From Alphaproteobacteria bacterium (GTDB taxonomy: Bacteria; Pseudomonadota; Alphaproteobacteria; Caulobacterales; Hyphomonadaceae), in NCBI GenBank assembly GCA_009909065.1, contig JAAANZ010000023.1:210-64209 (forward strand): a stretch of DNA of 64,000 nt, written 5' to 3'. Positions within the stretch are counted from its first letter, which is position 1. Each line of letters begins with the position of its first letter. Positions 1 to 10,651 of the stretch are shown here, in pieces. The translations under genes and the position numbers were made by a program. The notes beneath the pieces were generated by a model, which searched no databases, was not told where the DNA came from, and saw nothing but the letters and a program-made list of their open reading frames with translations.

Positions 1-1297
1 GCTTGCCATCGGCGGCGCGGGCCAGCGCCCCGGTCGGATACTGCACCTTGCCGAGGATCGGATTGCCTCGCGGCGGATAGCCGGCCAGGGTCATCGTGTG
101 GGAATGGTCCGCGGTGACGATGATCAGCGTGTCGGCTGGGTCGGTCATGTCGAGCGCGGCCTTCACCGCCTGGTCGAGCGCGTCAGTGTCCTCAAGCGCG
201 CGGGCGGCATTGGTGCCATGATGGGCATGGTCGATCCGCCCGCCTTCGACCATGAGCAAATAGCCATCCTCCTCACGCGACAGCCGGGTGATCGCTGCGC
301 GGGTCATCTGCGCGAGCGAGGGTTCGCCCATCGGGTCCTCGGCGCGGTCGAGTTCATATTGCATGTGGCTGTCCTGGAAGAGGCCCAGCACGCGCGTTTC
401 GCTGTCGAAATCCGTCGCTTCGAAGCCCGGCAGGCCGAAAACCACCCTGTGATCCGGCGTGATGCGGGTCCAGGCCTGCGCAAGGTCATTGCCATCGCGC
501 CGCCGGCCGGTCTTGCCGTCCGCCTCGGGATCTTCGGTGTCTTCCGTGAAGAAATGGCGTCGTCCCCCGCCCATGGCGATCTCCAGCCCGTCGCCGGCCG
601 GCCATTCGACCAGCTGGCGGGCAATATCGACGCAGCCATCGGCCTCGCCGCGGAAATCGCTGTCATCTTCCCAGTTCCGGCTGGCGCTCTCGGCATAGGT
701 GCTGGCCGGGGTTGCGTGGGTGATGCGGGCGGTGGAGATGATGCCGGTGGCCAGGCCGGCCGTCTCGGCGATCTCGAAGATCGTGTCCGTGCCATTGCCC
801 GCCGCGCTGGCGCAATTGCCGAAACTGGCTGCCTGGGTCACGCCGAGCGTGCGCAGCGGCGACTTGACCCCAGCGACCATGGCCGTGCCCGTGGCGGCAC
901 TGTCGGACACCTGGCCGTCATGGGCATAGGTCTTTGACAGGGCGAGATGCGGCAGGGTCTCCATGGCCAGGCGGTAACTCTCGCCATCCTTTCCGCGTTT
1001 CTGTCCGGCATAGATGCGGGCTGCGGTGACCGTCGACACGCCCATGCCATCGCCGACAAAAAGGATCACATTCTTCGCGCGCCTGGTGGGAAGGCTTTCA
1101 GCGCGCCGGGCGACCATTTGCGCCGCGGAGACATAATAGCTGTCACCGGCCTGTTTCGGGATCACGGCCTGGCGGTCGAGCCCGTCTGCGCCATGGCTGC
1201 CATCCTGCGCATTGGCGCGTCCGGGCGCTTCGGACGGGCTGCAGGCGGCGGCGAGTGCGGACAAGACGAAGACAAGGGCAGCATAGGCCAGGCGCAT
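1..1297 (-). CDS. alkaline phosphatase (PhoA family) with lipoprotein-type signal; the 3' end runs off the left window edge
   Basis: Absent from the ORF track because it is open at position 1. Manual translation of the minus strand from ATG 1297..1295 gives MRLAYAALVFVLSALAAACS..., then DGMGVSTVTAARIY, GQVSDSAATGTAMV and, near the edge, TLIIVTADHSHTMTLAGYP. These are the classic alkaline phosphatase active-site Ser and metal-ligand motifs. The + ORF 98..937 is its antisense shadow. Confidence 0.9.
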   Translation of the reverse strand, partial: MRLAYAALVFVLSALAAACSPSEAPGRANAQDGSHGADGLDRQAVIPKQAGDSYYVSAAQMVARRAESLPTRRAKNVILFVGDGMGVSTVTAARIYAGQKRGKDGESYRLAMETLPHLALSKTYAHDGQVSDSAATGTAMVAGVKSPLRTLGVTQAASFGNCASAAGNGTDTIFEIAETAGLATGIISTARITHATPASTYAESASRNWEDDSDFRGEADGCVDIARQLVEWPAGDGLEIAMGGGRRHFFTEDTEDPEADGKTGRRRDGNDLAQAWTRITPDHRVVFGLPGFEATDFDSETRVLGLFQDSHMQYELDRAEDPMGEPSLAQMTRAAITRLSREEDGYLLMVEGGRIDHAHHGTNAARALEDTDALDQAVKAALDMTDPADTLIIVTADHSHTMTLAGYPPRGNPILGKVQYPTGALARAADGK

Positions 1298-1342
1298 GGG
1301 AACGGCTCCGGTGACGGCGACGATTTTGGGTCTACAACACAA

Positions 1343-2275
1343 TCATGACACTTGTGAAACGGGTTTGATCGCTCGCCTGGCCGCCCCGCGCTGGGCAAGG
1401 AAGACCCCGACAAGGATCAGCGCCGCGCCGGCGGCCTGGATGGCATTGAGGGGTTCCTCGAAGAGCTGCCAGGATATCGCCGCAGCCGTCACGGGCTGGA
1501 CCAGCACCAGGACGCCGGCAATGGCCGCTGGTGTGCGCCCGAGGCCGGCAACGATCAGGCCCTGGCCGCCAATCTGCACGACCACGGCCAGGAATAGCGG
1601 GGCAGCGAAGCCACTGGCCTGCGCCGGCAAGAGGGCCTCTCCAGAAACCAGCGTCAGGCCGAGGGCGACGACCGCCTCGGTTGCGGTGAGCCAGAAAATG
1701 ACATCCATCGCGCCGAGCCCGACACGGGCCACCTTGGAGTAGAGCATGTAGAAAGCGACCATCACCGCTGCGGCGAGCGCGAGAAGGTCGCCCGACAGGC
1801 TGGACTTGCCGTCCTCCGGCCCGCCGAGCGAGAGGAAACCGGCGCCGGTGATGGCCACGAGCACGGCCGCGCCCCAGACGAGGGTCGGGCGCTCCTTGAG
1901 GATCAGCCAGGCGAGCACGCCGACGCAGACATTGCCCAGATTGACGATGAATGTCGCGTTGGCGACCGTCGTGCGCTCGAGCGCCCAGTGCCAAAGGCCG
2001 ATATCGAGCGCGAAACAGGCCCCGGCCACGATGATCGGCGCGACCGGCCGGGCTGGCGCGCGCCGCTCGATGACGAGCAGCATGGCCAGGAGGAGCGGCA
2101 GGGCGAACAGATAGCGCCAGAAGGCGATGGCCTGCGGTCCGAGTTCATCAAGACCGAGCCGCAACCCGATCGGCGCGAAGCCGATGCAGATCCCCCCACA
2201 CAGGACGAGCAGCGGGCCGATCCAGGCGCGCGGCGAGGAGGCAGGTATCGGGGCAGTCTGTGGCGTCTCGCTCAT
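1343..2275 (-). CDS. DMT (EamA-like) family permease
   Basis: 310-aa ORF that is hydrophobic throughout with about 10 predicted helices and EamA-like halves. It overlaps the upstream gluQ-like gene by 4 nt (2272..2275). Confidence 0.85.
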   Translation of the reverse strand: MSETPQTAPIPASSPRAWIGPLLVLCGGICIGFAPIGLRLGLDELGPQAIAFWRYLFALPLLLAMLLVIERRAPARPVAPIIVAGACFALDIGLWHWALERTTVANATFIVNLGNVCVGVLAWLILKERPTLVWGAAVLVAITGAGFLSLGGPEDGKSSLSGDLLALAAAVMVAFYMLYSKVARVGLGAMDVIFWLTATEAVVALGLTLVSGEALLPAQASGFAAPLFLAVVVQIGGQGLIVAGLGRTPAAIAGVLVLVQPVTAAAISWQLFEEPLNAIQAAGAALILVGVFLAQRGAARRAIKPVSQVS

Positions 2276-3117
2276 GGCCGGCTGGTCATGCGACGGATTT
2301 GCTCCGGCGTCACCCCGGATTCGCGCAGATGACGCAAGGTCACGGACGCGTCACGCTTGGCAAACCGTTTGCCGTTCTCGTCGAGGAGCAGACGGTGATG
2401 ATGGTAGACCGGCCGCGGCCAGCCCATGAGCGCCTGGAGCAGCACATGGACCGGCGTTGAGGGAACCAGGTCCTCGCCGCGGATCACATGGCTGACCCCT
2501 TGCAGGGCATCGTCATGACAGGCGGCGAGATGGTAGCTGGCCGGACTGTCCTTGCGCCCGATCACCACGTCACTGAGCGTGTCGGTGGCCACCCTGACCT
2601 GCGTCTCTCCCGGCATGCCGGTCTCTGTATAGACAAGATTGTCCGCATCGGCGCCGAGCCAGTCGCGCGCTGCGGCAATCGACAGCCGCCAGGCATGCGG
2701 ATCGCCGGCCGAAAGGCGCGCCTGCTCCTCGGCAACCGGCAGCGGCGAGCCCCTGAAAACCGCTTCGCGCTGATGTGGCGCCCGGTCGGCTTCGGCGGCC
2801 ACTTCGCGGCGTGTGCGGAAACAGCGATAGGCGAGGCCGCGCTGATGCAGTTTGTCAATTACCTGCGCATACGCCTCGAAATGCTCCGACTGGCGGCGCA
2901 CCGGCCCCTGCCATTCAAGGCCCAGCCAGGCGAGATCCTCGAGGATCGCCGCCTCGAATTCGGGCCGGCAGCGGGCCGTGTCGATGTCCTCGATCCGCAG
3001 GCGTATCGTGCCGCCGGCCGCCTGCGCCAGGTCCTGGACCCTCAAGGCCGATGCGGCATGGCCGAGATGCAGCAGCCCTGTCGGAGATGGCGCAAAACGT
3101 GTGACGAAACCGCTCAT
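2272..3117 (-). CDS. gluQ: glutamyl-Q tRNA(Asp) synthetase (GluQRS, YadB-like)
   Basis: 281 aa. Starts RFAPSPTGLLHLGHAASAL (class I HIGH-type motif), followed by RIEDID and a later IRGEDL..ST. The short length, lacking an anticodon-binding domain, matches GluQRS rather than GltX. Confidence 0.85.
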   Translation of the reverse strand: MSGFVTRFAPSPTGLLHLGHAASALRVQDLAQAAGGTIRLRIEDIDTARCRPEFEAAILEDLAWLGLEWQGPVRRQSEHFEAYAQVIDKLHQRGLAYRCFRTRREVAAEADRAPHQREAVFRGSPLPVAEEQARLSAGDPHAWRLSIAAARDWLGADADNLVYTETGMPGETQVRVATDTLSDVVIGRKDSPASYHLAACHDDALQGVSHVIRGEDLVPSTPVHVLLQALMGWPRPVYHHHRLLLDENGKRFAKRDASVTLRHLRESGVTPEQIRRMTSRP

Positions 3118-3252
3118 TCGCCCGCCATGGCGCAGCCGGGCCCAGCTTGTAAATGCGTTTTGCCGCAGGCTTGTCTCAGTTCATGCTGTATGGAGTGTTG
3201 CAATCTCGCCGCCGCCTCGTGTATCGCCAAGTAAAACGACAAGACGAAAATC

Positions 3253-4350
3253 ATGGCCGACGCGTCTCTCATCGCCAGCCTGTCCGGCTGGCTGGAATCC
3301 CACATATTCGGTTCTGCGGCCCTGGCGGCCGTGGGGTTTGCCGCGCTTGTCGGTTTCGCGACCACGGTGCTGGTCTGGCTGATCCGGCTGGTGATGCATG
3401 TCTTGCGCGCCTCGAACGCATCCTCCAACCGCACGATCCGCAAGGCGGCCTCGCAGCCCGGCTACAGGGTTCTGGTCGGTGAATTCGACGGGCCGGGCGG
3501 TCATGAGGCCGGCCGGGTGCTTTCCCGCGCGCTGGGCCGGCACCTGCCCGAATTCTGCTTCGGCGCCAGGTTCCAGCTTTTCAGGGTCCTCACGCAGCAG
3601 GGGCGCCCGGAAGGCAAGACACTGCAACAGGCCCGCAAGCGGCTCGAAAAGACCGGCGCGGACATCCTCATCTGGGGGGAGCGCTCCGGGAACGGCCCGG
3701 AAGGGCTGCGGGTGGATGGCGTGACGCGGTCGGGCAGCCAGCGGGCGAGCGAGGCGACGCCATTCGTGCTACACCTGCCCGGTGACCTCGTGTCCGGGGA
3801 TGATAGGCTCGATCGGATCATCGCCTATCTTGTCGCCAAGAGACTGCAGCCCGCGCTCGGCCGGCCCGAGGCCTTTCGCGCCGAGCGGATGGCCGAGCTC
3901 GGCGAAGTCCTCGACGAATTGCTCGCCCGGGATGACGAGATACGCGGCCCCGACGCGGATGCCGGCCTCATGCCGCCGGCGGTGCGCCGCGAATTCGAGC
4001 AGGATTTCGGCGCCATCACGATGCATCTGGAAGGCACGGCCCGCCAGCAGGAATGGCTGGCCCGGGTCATCGCGCGGCGGCGGGCCACGCTGGAGCGGCT
4101 GAAAGGCCTGCCCGATGCCAGTGCGCTCACCGAAGCGCGGCTCGATCTCGGCCAGGCCCTGCTCAAGCGCGCAGAGAGCCATTTCGATCCCGTCGCCGTG
4201 CGTGAAGCGACGGTCCACCTCAACTCCGTGGTAGATACCCTTCGTTCCAGCGATGCCATCCGCAAGGTCCAGCGCGCGAGTGACGGGCTGCAACGCGCCC
4301 AGAACATGGTCGAGACGCGCCGCCGGTTCGCTGTGAATTTCTCGGCCTGA
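3253..4350 (+). CDS. hypothetical membrane-anchored protein
   Basis: 365-aa ORF with one N-terminal hydrophobic helix (AALAAVGFAALVGFATTVLVWLIRLV) and a helical Arg/Glu/Leu-rich remainder. I recognise no family. Coding is supported by its length and by the lack of a better competing ORF. Confidence 0.6.
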   Translation: MADASLIASLSGWLESHIFGSAALAAVGFAALVGFATTVLVWLIRLVMHVLRASNASSNRTIRKAASQPGYRVLVGEFDGPGGHEAGRVLSRALGRHLPEFCFGARFQLFRVLTQQGRPEGKTLQQARKRLEKTGADILIWGERSGNGPEGLRVDGVTRSGSQRASEATPFVLHLPGDLVSGDDRLDRIIAYLVAKRLQPALGRPEAFRAERMAELGEVLDELLARDDEIRGPDADAGLMPPAVRREFEQDFGAITMHLEGTARQQEWLARVIARRRATLERLKGLPDASALTEARLDLGQALLKRAESHFDPVAVREATVHLNSVVDTLRSSDAIRKVQRASDGLQRAQNMVETRRRFAVNFSA

Positions 4351-4367
4351 CCGGGCCTGCCCCCTTG

Positions 4368-5024
4368 TCAGCCGGCCGGCAGCGGGCAGCTGACGCCGGT
4401 GCCACCGATCCCGCAATAGCCGTTCGGGTTCTTGGCCAGGTATTGCTGGTGATAATCCTCGCCATAATAGAAGGTGTCGAGCGGGGCGATCTCGGTCGTG
4501 ATCTCCCGGCCCCGCCCGGCGTCTGCGAGCGCGGCCTCATAGGTGTCTTTCATGGCTCGTGCGGCGGCCTCCTGTTGCGGCGAGAGGGTATAAATCGCCG
4601 AGCGGTATTGCGTGCCGACATCATTGCCCTGGCGCATGCCCTGGGTGGGATCATGGTTTTCCCAGAACAGACGCAGGAGGGCCTCGAAACTGACGCGCGA
4701 AGGGTCGTAGACAATCCTGACCACTTCCGCATGGCCCGTGCGGCCGGAACAGGCCTCCTCATAGGTCGGATTGGGCGTTGTGCCCCCGGCATAGCCGACG
4801 GCGGTGAGCCAGACGCCGGGGGTTTGCCAGAATATCCGCTCGGCCCCCCAGAAGCAGCCCATGCCGAAAACGGCCGTTTCATACCCTTCCGGCGGCTCGG
4901 CCTTGAGCGGCCGGTTGAAGACGAAATGCGTATCCGCAGTGGGGATGGGCTCCGGCCGACCGGCAAGAGCCTCGGTGTCTGAAGGCAGGCTCATGGGTTT
5001 GCGGGTGAAAAACATCTTCGTCAT
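4368..5024 (-). CDS. msrA: peptide-methionine (S)-S-oxide reductase MsrA
   Basis: Contains [26 protein letters not shown]-like ([20 protein letters not shown]), [24 protein letters not shown] and YHQQYL..NP.GYCG, nearly colinear with E. coli MsrA. The track ORF 4368..5246 is over-extended across the tRNA gene. I start it at ATG 5024 (MTKMFF..); ATG 4994 is an alternative. Confidence 0.92.
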   Translation of the reverse strand: MTKMFFTRKPMSLPSDTEALAGRPEPIPTADTHFVFNRPLKAEPPEGYETAVFGMGCFWGAERIFWQTPGVWLTAVGYAGGTTPNPTYEEACSGRTGHAEVVRIVYDPSRVSFEALLRLFWENHDPTQGMRQGNDVGTQYRSAIYTLSPQQEAAARAMKDTYEAALADAGRGREITTEIAPLDTFYYGEDYHQQYLAKNPNGYCGIGGTGVSCPLPAG

Positions 5025-5128
5025 CCTGTCGTGTGGCCTTTGCCTGAATATGGCGCTCCGGGCAGCGGGAACAATCCTGCCCTTGCGGCCCGCCCCCGCC
5101 TGCGTATATAGCGGGCGCTTCAGAATAC

Positions 5129-5218
5129 GGTGAGGTGGCCGAGTGGTCGAAGGCGCACGCCTGGAACGCGTGTAGGCTGGCAACAGTCTCCAGGGTTCGA
5201 ATCCCTGTCTCACCGCCA
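5129..5218 (+). tRNA. tRNA-Ser (anticodon GGA)
   Basis: GGTGAGGTGGCCGAGTGGTCGAAGGCGCACGCCTGGAACGCGTG...CAGGGTTCGAATCCCTGTCTCACCGCCA. It has a 7-bp acceptor stem, anticodon stem CACGC/GCGTG with loop CTGGAAC, a long variable arm typical of tRNA-Ser, a TPsiC arm GGTTCGAATCC and an encoded CCA. Confidence 0.93.
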
Positions 5219-5400
5219 CGCTCAAGTTTGTCCATTCCGGAGACATGAGTAACAGAATGTTCCGGAGAGATGGGTTACACTTTTTTCCGAACGGGTTATC
5301 GATAGGGTTCGGTGCGGCCGGAGTCCGCTCCGGCTTGTCCCGGATGAGTGCGCCTGCGGCGGGGGGTGAGCCCCGGAGCGGTCCGTGAGCGGCCTGGCCC

Positions 5401-7347
5401 TTATCGGCTTTCTGAGACGGCCTGTTCGATCAGCACGCCGGCGCCCTCGCCCTGCTTGACCAGGGTGAACCCGTCGCGCAGACGCCCCTCGGTGTCGCGC
5501 AGCTGGTAGGTGATCGTGTCACCCGAGACATCGAACAGGCCGAAATGATAGCCGCGATGGGACGCAGCACTGTAGGCTTGCCGGGTCGGCGTGAAATCCT
5601 CGAGATTGCCGCCACCCCCGCCGGCGCCGATATAGACCGTCCCGCCCAGGACATCGACTGCGTCCTCGCGCATCGGGTGGGAGCGCTCGTAGATATGCAT
5701 GTGACCATACAGGACAAGATCGACATTGTGGCGGTCATACAGGTCCATGAAGTCATCGCGCACCCGGCGGTCGCCGGTGGCGCGGCCGGCCTCGCGCCAG
5801 CTGTCGCCATAATCATTCTCGTCGGACGTATAGACCGGATGGTGGTGGACCGCGATCTTCCAGGTCGCCTCCGAGGCGGCCAGCGCAGCCTCCAGCCATT
5901 TGCGCTGGCGCGCGCGGAAGCCCGGTTCTTCCCTTTCGCGATCCCCCAGATTGCTGTCGAGGACGAAGAATTCGGCATTGCCATAGCGCCAGGAATAGAA
6001 ATTCTCTTCGCCCGGCTGGGCATGATAGTGTCGGAACCAGTGCAGGTCCGCATCGCCATTTCCGGGCGTTGCCATGAAAGGCACACGCGCGGCGAGCTGG
6101 CCGATGCCGGTGAAATACTCATGTGTCCACTCGAAGCGGCGTTCCTGGTAGCCGCCATCGGTGAGGTCGCCGAGCACCAGGGCGAAATGCGGACGCGCAT
6201 CCCACACGCCCAGCGAGACCTGGTGGTTCACGAAGGGGCGCGCCTCGGTGTCGCCGATGATGGCAAAGCGGAAGGGCGCATCACCCTCGACAGCGGTCTG
6301 GAAAGTCAGAAGCCCCGACGAGATGTCCTCGCCGCCGGCCTCGCGGGCCGTGACCTCGTAGAAATAAGGCGTATCGCCAGCCAGGCCGCTCAGCGAGAAT
6401 TCATGGCGGCGGCGCAGCTCGGGGCTTTCCAGTGCCTCACTCAGCGGCGTGTCCCGGCCAAAGCGCAGCGTCATCCGCGAGGGCCGGTCGGTCTCGACCA
6501 CGAGATTGATGCTGTTCGGCCCCGGCGTGTTGAGATACGGCCCGGCCGTGAAATGGAACAGGCCGGGATGGACATGACCGGCATCGGCGGCCCCGGTGCG
6601 TTCCGCAAACAGCCCGGCCACCTCGTCACCGGCGAGGGCATGGTCATACAGCCGGACCCCCTGGACGAGGTTCTCCAGCGCCATGTAGGGCTCGCGGCTT
6701 GTAAAGCTGACGAGTTCGAACTGCGCATCCGCGGGAAGCTCCGGCCAGGTGTCCGGCGCGCGCGCGGCCACCAGGCGGCCATTATGGTAGAGGCGCAGCA
6801 TCTCGCCATCCCAGCTGCCGACAAGCTGGATCCAGCGGCGCTTCCAGGCTTCCAGATCGGCCTTGGCCAGGTCGAGCGTGATGGCCCGTCCGTCCTCTTC
6901 GAGTGCGCCGAAGACAAGCGCGTCGCCATGCCGGCCGAGCGCCCAGTGCGCTTTTCGCAGGCCTTCGCCTGAAAACACGCCGGCCAGGGCGCCCACATCC
7001 GTATTCACATGATCGAGCATCCACAGTTCCAGTGTGAACGGGCCCTCGGGCAATTGGCGGGCGTCCAGAGCGCCGCTGATACGCCCTGTCTCCCGCGCGC
7101 CGAGAAAGCTCAGCCGGGCCGGCGCGCTATCGAGAACGCGGCGCGGCGCAGACGGGGTGGGGTGGCGCGGCCAGTCCGTGGCGGCATTGCCGGGCAGCTG
7201 GTAATCGGGCTGGAGATGCCAGTCGGCGATGGGCGCGTGCTCGGGGTCATGGTCGCCGCCGGCCTCATGGGCACAGGCGCCGGCCAGCGGCAGGGACACG
7301 GCCGCAAGGCCGCCCAGCAGGGCTCTGATCGGGTCACGCACGGTCAT
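5401..7347 (-). CDS. secreted/lipoprotein metallophosphoesterase (purple-acid-phosphatase-like) with an N-terminal LamG/concanavalin-like domain
   Basis: Calcineurin-like motifs are present: [34 protein letters not shown]. The preceding region resembles a Laminin_G_3 domain (LELWM...[10 protein letters not shown]...VRLYDHAL) and a PAP N-terminal Fn3-like segment. Likely start is ATG 7347 ([25 protein letters not shown], lipobox) behind AAGGAG. The track ORF extends to 7416. Confidence 0.85.
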   Translation of the reverse strand: MTVRDPIRALLGGLAAVSLPLAGACAHEAGGDHDPEHAPIADWHLQPDYQLPGNAATDWPRHPTPSAPRRVLDSAPARLSFLGARETGRISGALDARQLPEGPFTLELWMLDHVNTDVGALAGVFSGEGLRKAHWALGRHGDALVFGALEEDGRAITLDLAKADLEAWKRRWIQLVGSWDGEMLRLYHNGRLVAARAPDTWPELPADAQFELVSFTSREPYMALENLVQGVRLYDHALAGDEVAGLFAERTGAADAGHVHPGLFHFTAGPYLNTPGPNSINLVVETDRPSRMTLRFGRDTPLSEALESPELRRRHEFSLSGLAGDTPYFYEVTAREAGGEDISSGLLTFQTAVEGDAPFRFAIIGDTEARPFVNHQVSLGVWDARPHFALVLGDLTDGGYQERRFEWTHEYFTGIGQLAARVPFMATPGNGDADLHWFRHYHAQPGEENFYSWRYGNAEFFVLDSNLGDREREEPGFRARQRKWLEAALAASEATWKIAVHHHPVYTSDENDYGDSWREAGRATGDRRVRDDFMDLYDRHNVDLVLYGHMHIYERSHPMREDAVDVLGGTVYIGAGGGGGNLEDFTPTRQAYSAASHRGYHFGLFDVSGDTITYQLRDTEGRLRDGFTLVKQGEGAGVLIEQAVSESR

Positions 7348-7434
7348 TTCTCCTTGAAAACGGGGAAAGCCGCCGCCCCGGGGGTCCTGCGGGGCGGCGG
7401 CCATTGGCTTCATCACAGGTTCGAGGGGGCCTGA

Positions 7435-10400
7435 TCAGAAGCGGTAATCGATGCCGAGATAGAAGGTGCGACCGTTCTCGACATAATCCTTCTGGAAGCT
7501 GTCACCGTTCTCGCCGCGGATGGCCCAGTAATTGTGGCCATCGAGGATGTTCTGCACCTCGCCGCGCAGGGTCACGCCATTATCGAAGGTGTAGCGCAGC
7601 TGCGCATCCAGGCGGTCCCAGTCATGGATCCACTTGTTGATGCCATAATCGCGCAGGTCCTCGATAAAGCGGTCCGTGTACTGATAGGACAGGCGCCCTT
7701 CGAAGCCGTATTTCTCGTAGAAGATCTGGCCGTTGAACTGCGTCTCGGGGGCGTTGATGAAGTCGGTTTCCGAGCGCCAGTCATCGCCGGGCTCGGCTTC
7801 CGAGCGCTGCAGCGTGACATTGCCCGAGAAGCCGAAGCCGTCAAACGGTGCCGGCAGGGCCGTGAGCTGCTGGGTAAGGCCGAACTCGACGCCGTAGATA
7901 TAGGCGTCACCGCCATTCTTGATCGCTTCGAAGCTCACCGATTCGCCTTCGAAGACGGTGGGCACATCGCCTTCATTGGCGAAGTCGGAAAAGATGAAAT
8001 TGGTGATGTCCTTGTAGAAGAAGTTCACCGAGGCGAGCCCGCCATTGGGCGAATAATACTCCGCGCCGAGGTCGAAATTCACCGCTTCGGCCGGTTCGAG
8101 GCCCGGATTGCCACGCTCGATCGAGATCGAGTCCTCGACGAAGGACAGGATATTGCCATCGGCATCGACGATCACATCGGCTTCGATTTCCTCTTCCGCC
8201 GAGATGTCGTCATAGGAGGGCCGGGCGATCGAGGTCCAGACCGCGCCGCGATAAACGAGGCGGTCGGACTGGCGATAGTTGAAATGGAGGCTGGGCAGGA
8301 CATTGGTATAGGACGCGCTGTCGGCGCCGGGCTCGATGGTTTCGATATCGCCGAATTCGGTCCCGTCGGCGAGTTCGGCTTCGAACTCGGTGAAGCTGTT
8401 ATACTCGTTTTCGACCTGGGTGTCCTCGACACGAAGGCCGCCGATCACTTCCAGCTTGCCCCACTGCGCCGCGGCCATGGCATAGGCGGCCGTGATCGCC
8501 TCTTCCGACACGGTGTCGTCATTGATCTCCTCGTCAAAGCCCGAGCAATCCTCGAAGAAGACCGGATCGCATTCGCGGATCGCGGCGAGGGCGGCATTCC
8601 GGTCGAAGACGAAGCCGAAATCGTCATTGCCGGAATACTGGCCCGACAGGAAATCGCCATAGGTCTCCGAGGCCACGACCTGCGGCACATCGGCGAGCGT
8701 GATGTCCTGCTCGTCACCGTCGAACAGTTCGTCCTCATTGGTCTCATGTGTCTTCTTGCGATACTTCGCGCCGAACTTGACATAGGTCAGCGGACCGAAA
8801 TCGGAGAAATCGCGGCGGATATTGGCCTGTAGCAGGATATTTTCGTCGGTATGGTTCTCCACATCGCCGCCGGCGCCATCAAACGTGTAGGAAGCCGGGT
8901 CGAAATAGGCCGCGCGCTGGGCCGGTGTGAGCTGCCATTGCGGGTATTGCGGCTCCGGGAAGGAAAAGGTCACACCGGTGCCGGGATAGGGATTGTCGTT
9001 GTCGCGCGGGTCGGCAATGCCTGTGAAGGGCGGGGTTCTCTGCGCGCTCGTATCGTCGAAATCGAAATCATAATCATAGGGACGTTCGAATTCGGCGTAG
9101 GAGTAGGCCACGTCCCAGTCGAGCGTCCAGTCATTGCGGAAATGCTCACCGCCGGTGTTCAGCGAGTAGAGCGTCTCGGTCTCTTCCTTGAAGTCCGCGC
9201 CGCGCTGGAAGATAATCCGGCCGGGGTCCCAGATGCCGGACTGTCCGCCCAGCGTGTAGAAGCCGTCATCATCGACATCGGGTTCGTCCTTGTCGAAATC
9301 GGTGATGATGCCGTCACCATCGGTATCGACGATCTGGGCGGGGGTGTAGCTGTAGATGTTGCCGAGCGCCGGGTCGTAACCGATGATCGATTCCGAGGGC
9401 TGCGCCAGTGTCGTGTCGCTCGGGTCGACCTGGTTGAGGATCGACACCTCGTCATCATTCTGCACGTCGATGAAGTGATGATCCTCCCGGTCGGTGAATT
9501 CGGAGAATTGGCCGCGCAGATAGATTTTCGAGCCGTCATTGAATTTGTAGTCGAGCGTGAAATTGCCGCCGAACCGCTCAAGGTCATTCTCGAACAGGTC
9601 AAGGCCGAGGCCCTGCATCTGGAAGGAGGCCGGATCGACTGTCGTGTCCTCGTCACCCGCGGGGCGGTTGAAGGGCAGCCAGTCGCCCTCATTTTCCGAT
9701 TCCTGGCCGATCGAGTTCTTTTCCTCGTAATAGGCCGTGATATAGAGGCCGACCTTGTCGTCCATGAGGAAGTCGCTGAACGAGCCGGCAATGTCATAGC
9801 CGCCATCCTCGGCGCGATCATTATAGGTGCCGGTCAGCGACAGGCTGGCCGAGCGGCCGTCAAAGTCGAAGGCGCTGGGCGTGCGGAAATCGACCGAGCC
9901 GCCGATCGCGTCGCCATCCATGTCGGGGGTGATGGTCTTGGACACCTTGACCGAGGACAGGCCATCGGCGGGAAGCTGGGCGAGGTTGATGGCGCGATTG
10001 TTCTGGTCGGAGGTGGCGATGCGCACGCCATTGAGCGAATAGGCATTCAGGCGCGAGTCGAGGCCGCGAATGGTCACGAAGGCGCCTTCGCCGGTCTGCT
10101 GGTCACGCACCAGGGTGATGCCCGGCAGGCGCGAGACGCTTTCGGCGACATTGTTGTCGGGGAATTTCCCGATCAGGTCAGCCGAGACGATATTGGTAAT
10201 CGTGTCCTCGGTGCGCTGCTCGTTGAGCGCCTTGTTGAGGCCGAGCGCGGTGCCGCGCACGACGACCGTGTCGAGCGTCATCGCGCCCTGCTGGCCCAGC
10301 CGGATATCGGCATTGACGACGCCGGTTTCGCTGACCGTGACTTCCTGGCTGGCCGTCTGGTAGCCGAGATACTGCACCTCGATCGTGTAGGTTCCCGCCG

Positions 10401-10599
10401 GAAGATCGCCGATGCGGAACTGTCCGCTCGTGCCGGTCGAGGCCTCCTGACCGGTCTCGGCCACGCGGATAAGCGCGCCGGGAAGCGCCGTGCCATCGGC
10501 AGCCCCGGACACCCGCCCGGTGAGCACGCCGGCATGGGCGGACTCGACGATGGCGGCCACCGAAGCGGCTGTCAGGAGTGTGTGTTTGAGATAGGCCAT
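7435..10599 (-). CDS. TonB-dependent receptor with N-terminal carboxypeptidase-regulatory-like domain
   Basis: 1054 aa. It has a signal peptide (..AAIVESAHA), a CarboxypepD_reg-like segment (GVLTGRVSG...GTYTIEVQYLGYQ), a plug region (TLDTVVVRG, ..RLPGITLV..., VTIRGL) and a long beta-barrel ending ..TFYLGIDYRF with terminal Phe. Confidence 0.92.
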   Translation of the reverse strand: MAYLKHTLLTAASVAAIVESAHAGVLTGRVSGAADGTALPGALIRVAETGQEASTGTSGQFRIGDLPAGTYTIEVQYLGYQTASQEVTVSETGVVNADIRLGQQGAMTLDTVVVRGTALGLNKALNEQRTEDTITNIVSADLIGKFPDNNVAESVSRLPGITLVRDQQTGEGAFVTIRGLDSRLNAYSLNGVRIATSDQNNRAINLAQLPADGLSSVKVSKTITPDMDGDAIGGSVDFRTPSAFDFDGRSASLSLTGTYNDRAEDGGYDIAGSFSDFLMDDKVGLYITAYYEEKNSIGQESENEGDWLPFNRPAGDEDTTVDPASFQMQGLGLDLFENDLERFGGNFTLDYKFNDGSKIYLRGQFSEFTDREDHHFIDVQNDDEVSILNQVDPSDTTLAQPSESIIGYDPALGNIYSYTPAQIVDTDGDGIITDFDKDEPDVDDDGFYTLGGQSGIWDPGRIIFQRGADFKEETETLYSLNTGGEHFRNDWTLDWDVAYSYAEFERPYDYDFDFDDTSAQRTPPFTGIADPRDNDNPYPGTGVTFSFPEPQYPQWQLTPAQRAAYFDPASYTFDGAGGDVENHTDENILLQANIRRDFSDFGPLTYVKFGAKYRKKTHETNEDELFDGDEQDITLADVPQVVASETYGDFLSGQYSGNDDFGFVFDRNAALAAIRECDPVFFEDCSGFDEEINDDTVSEEAITAAYAMAAAQWGKLEVIGGLRVEDTQVENEYNSFTEFEAELADGTEFGDIETIEPGADSASYTNVLPSLHFNYRQSDRLVYRGAVWTSIARPSYDDISAEEEIEADVIVDADGNILSFVEDSISIERGNPGLEPAEAVNFDLGAEYYSPNGGLASVNFFYKDITNFIFSDFANEGDVPTVFEGESVSFEAIKNGGDAYIYGVEFGLTQQLTALPAPFDGFGFSGNVTLQRSEAEPGDDWRSETDFINAPETQFNGQIFYEKYGFEGRLSYQYTDRFIEDLRDYGINKWIHDWDRLDAQLRYTFDNGVTLRGEVQNILDGHNYWAIRGENGDSFQKDYVENGRTFYLGIDYRF

Positions 10600-10625
10600 G
10601 ATTTCCCCTCATGCTGGCTGACCGT

Positions 10626-10640
10626 ATGGTCCAGACCAGT
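10626..10640. promoter_or_regulatory. putative HutC/PhnF-type GntR operator (ATGGTCCAGACCAGT)
   Basis: Near-palindrome TGGTCCAGACCA lying between the Pho-box-like repeat and the TBDR start codon (10599). The same GGTCCAGACC core recurs at 13313..13322, and a close variant at 17324..17339. Confidence 0.5.
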
Positions 10641-10651
10641 GAGGGATATTC

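Noticed and set aside
1332-1349. Possible Pho box upstream of the PhoA-type alkaline phosphatase (minus strand TGTCATG-ATTG-TGTTGTA)
   Set aside because: Only one half-site is a good match. The element overlaps the stop codon of the upstream DMT gene and ends only ~35 nt from the start codon, which leaves little room for a promoter. I keep it as a weak possibility, not a feature.
4368-5246. 292-aa extended MsrA ORF
   Set aside because: The extension runs antisense across the tRNA-Ser gene and adds a motif-free Arg/Pro-rich N-terminus. MsrA homology starts near 5024.
5235-5268. Short direct repeat TTCCGGAGA x2 just downstream of tRNA-Ser as an att-site remnant
   Set aside because: It is only 9 nt long, does not match the tRNA 3' end, and I found no partner copy near 29.7 kb.
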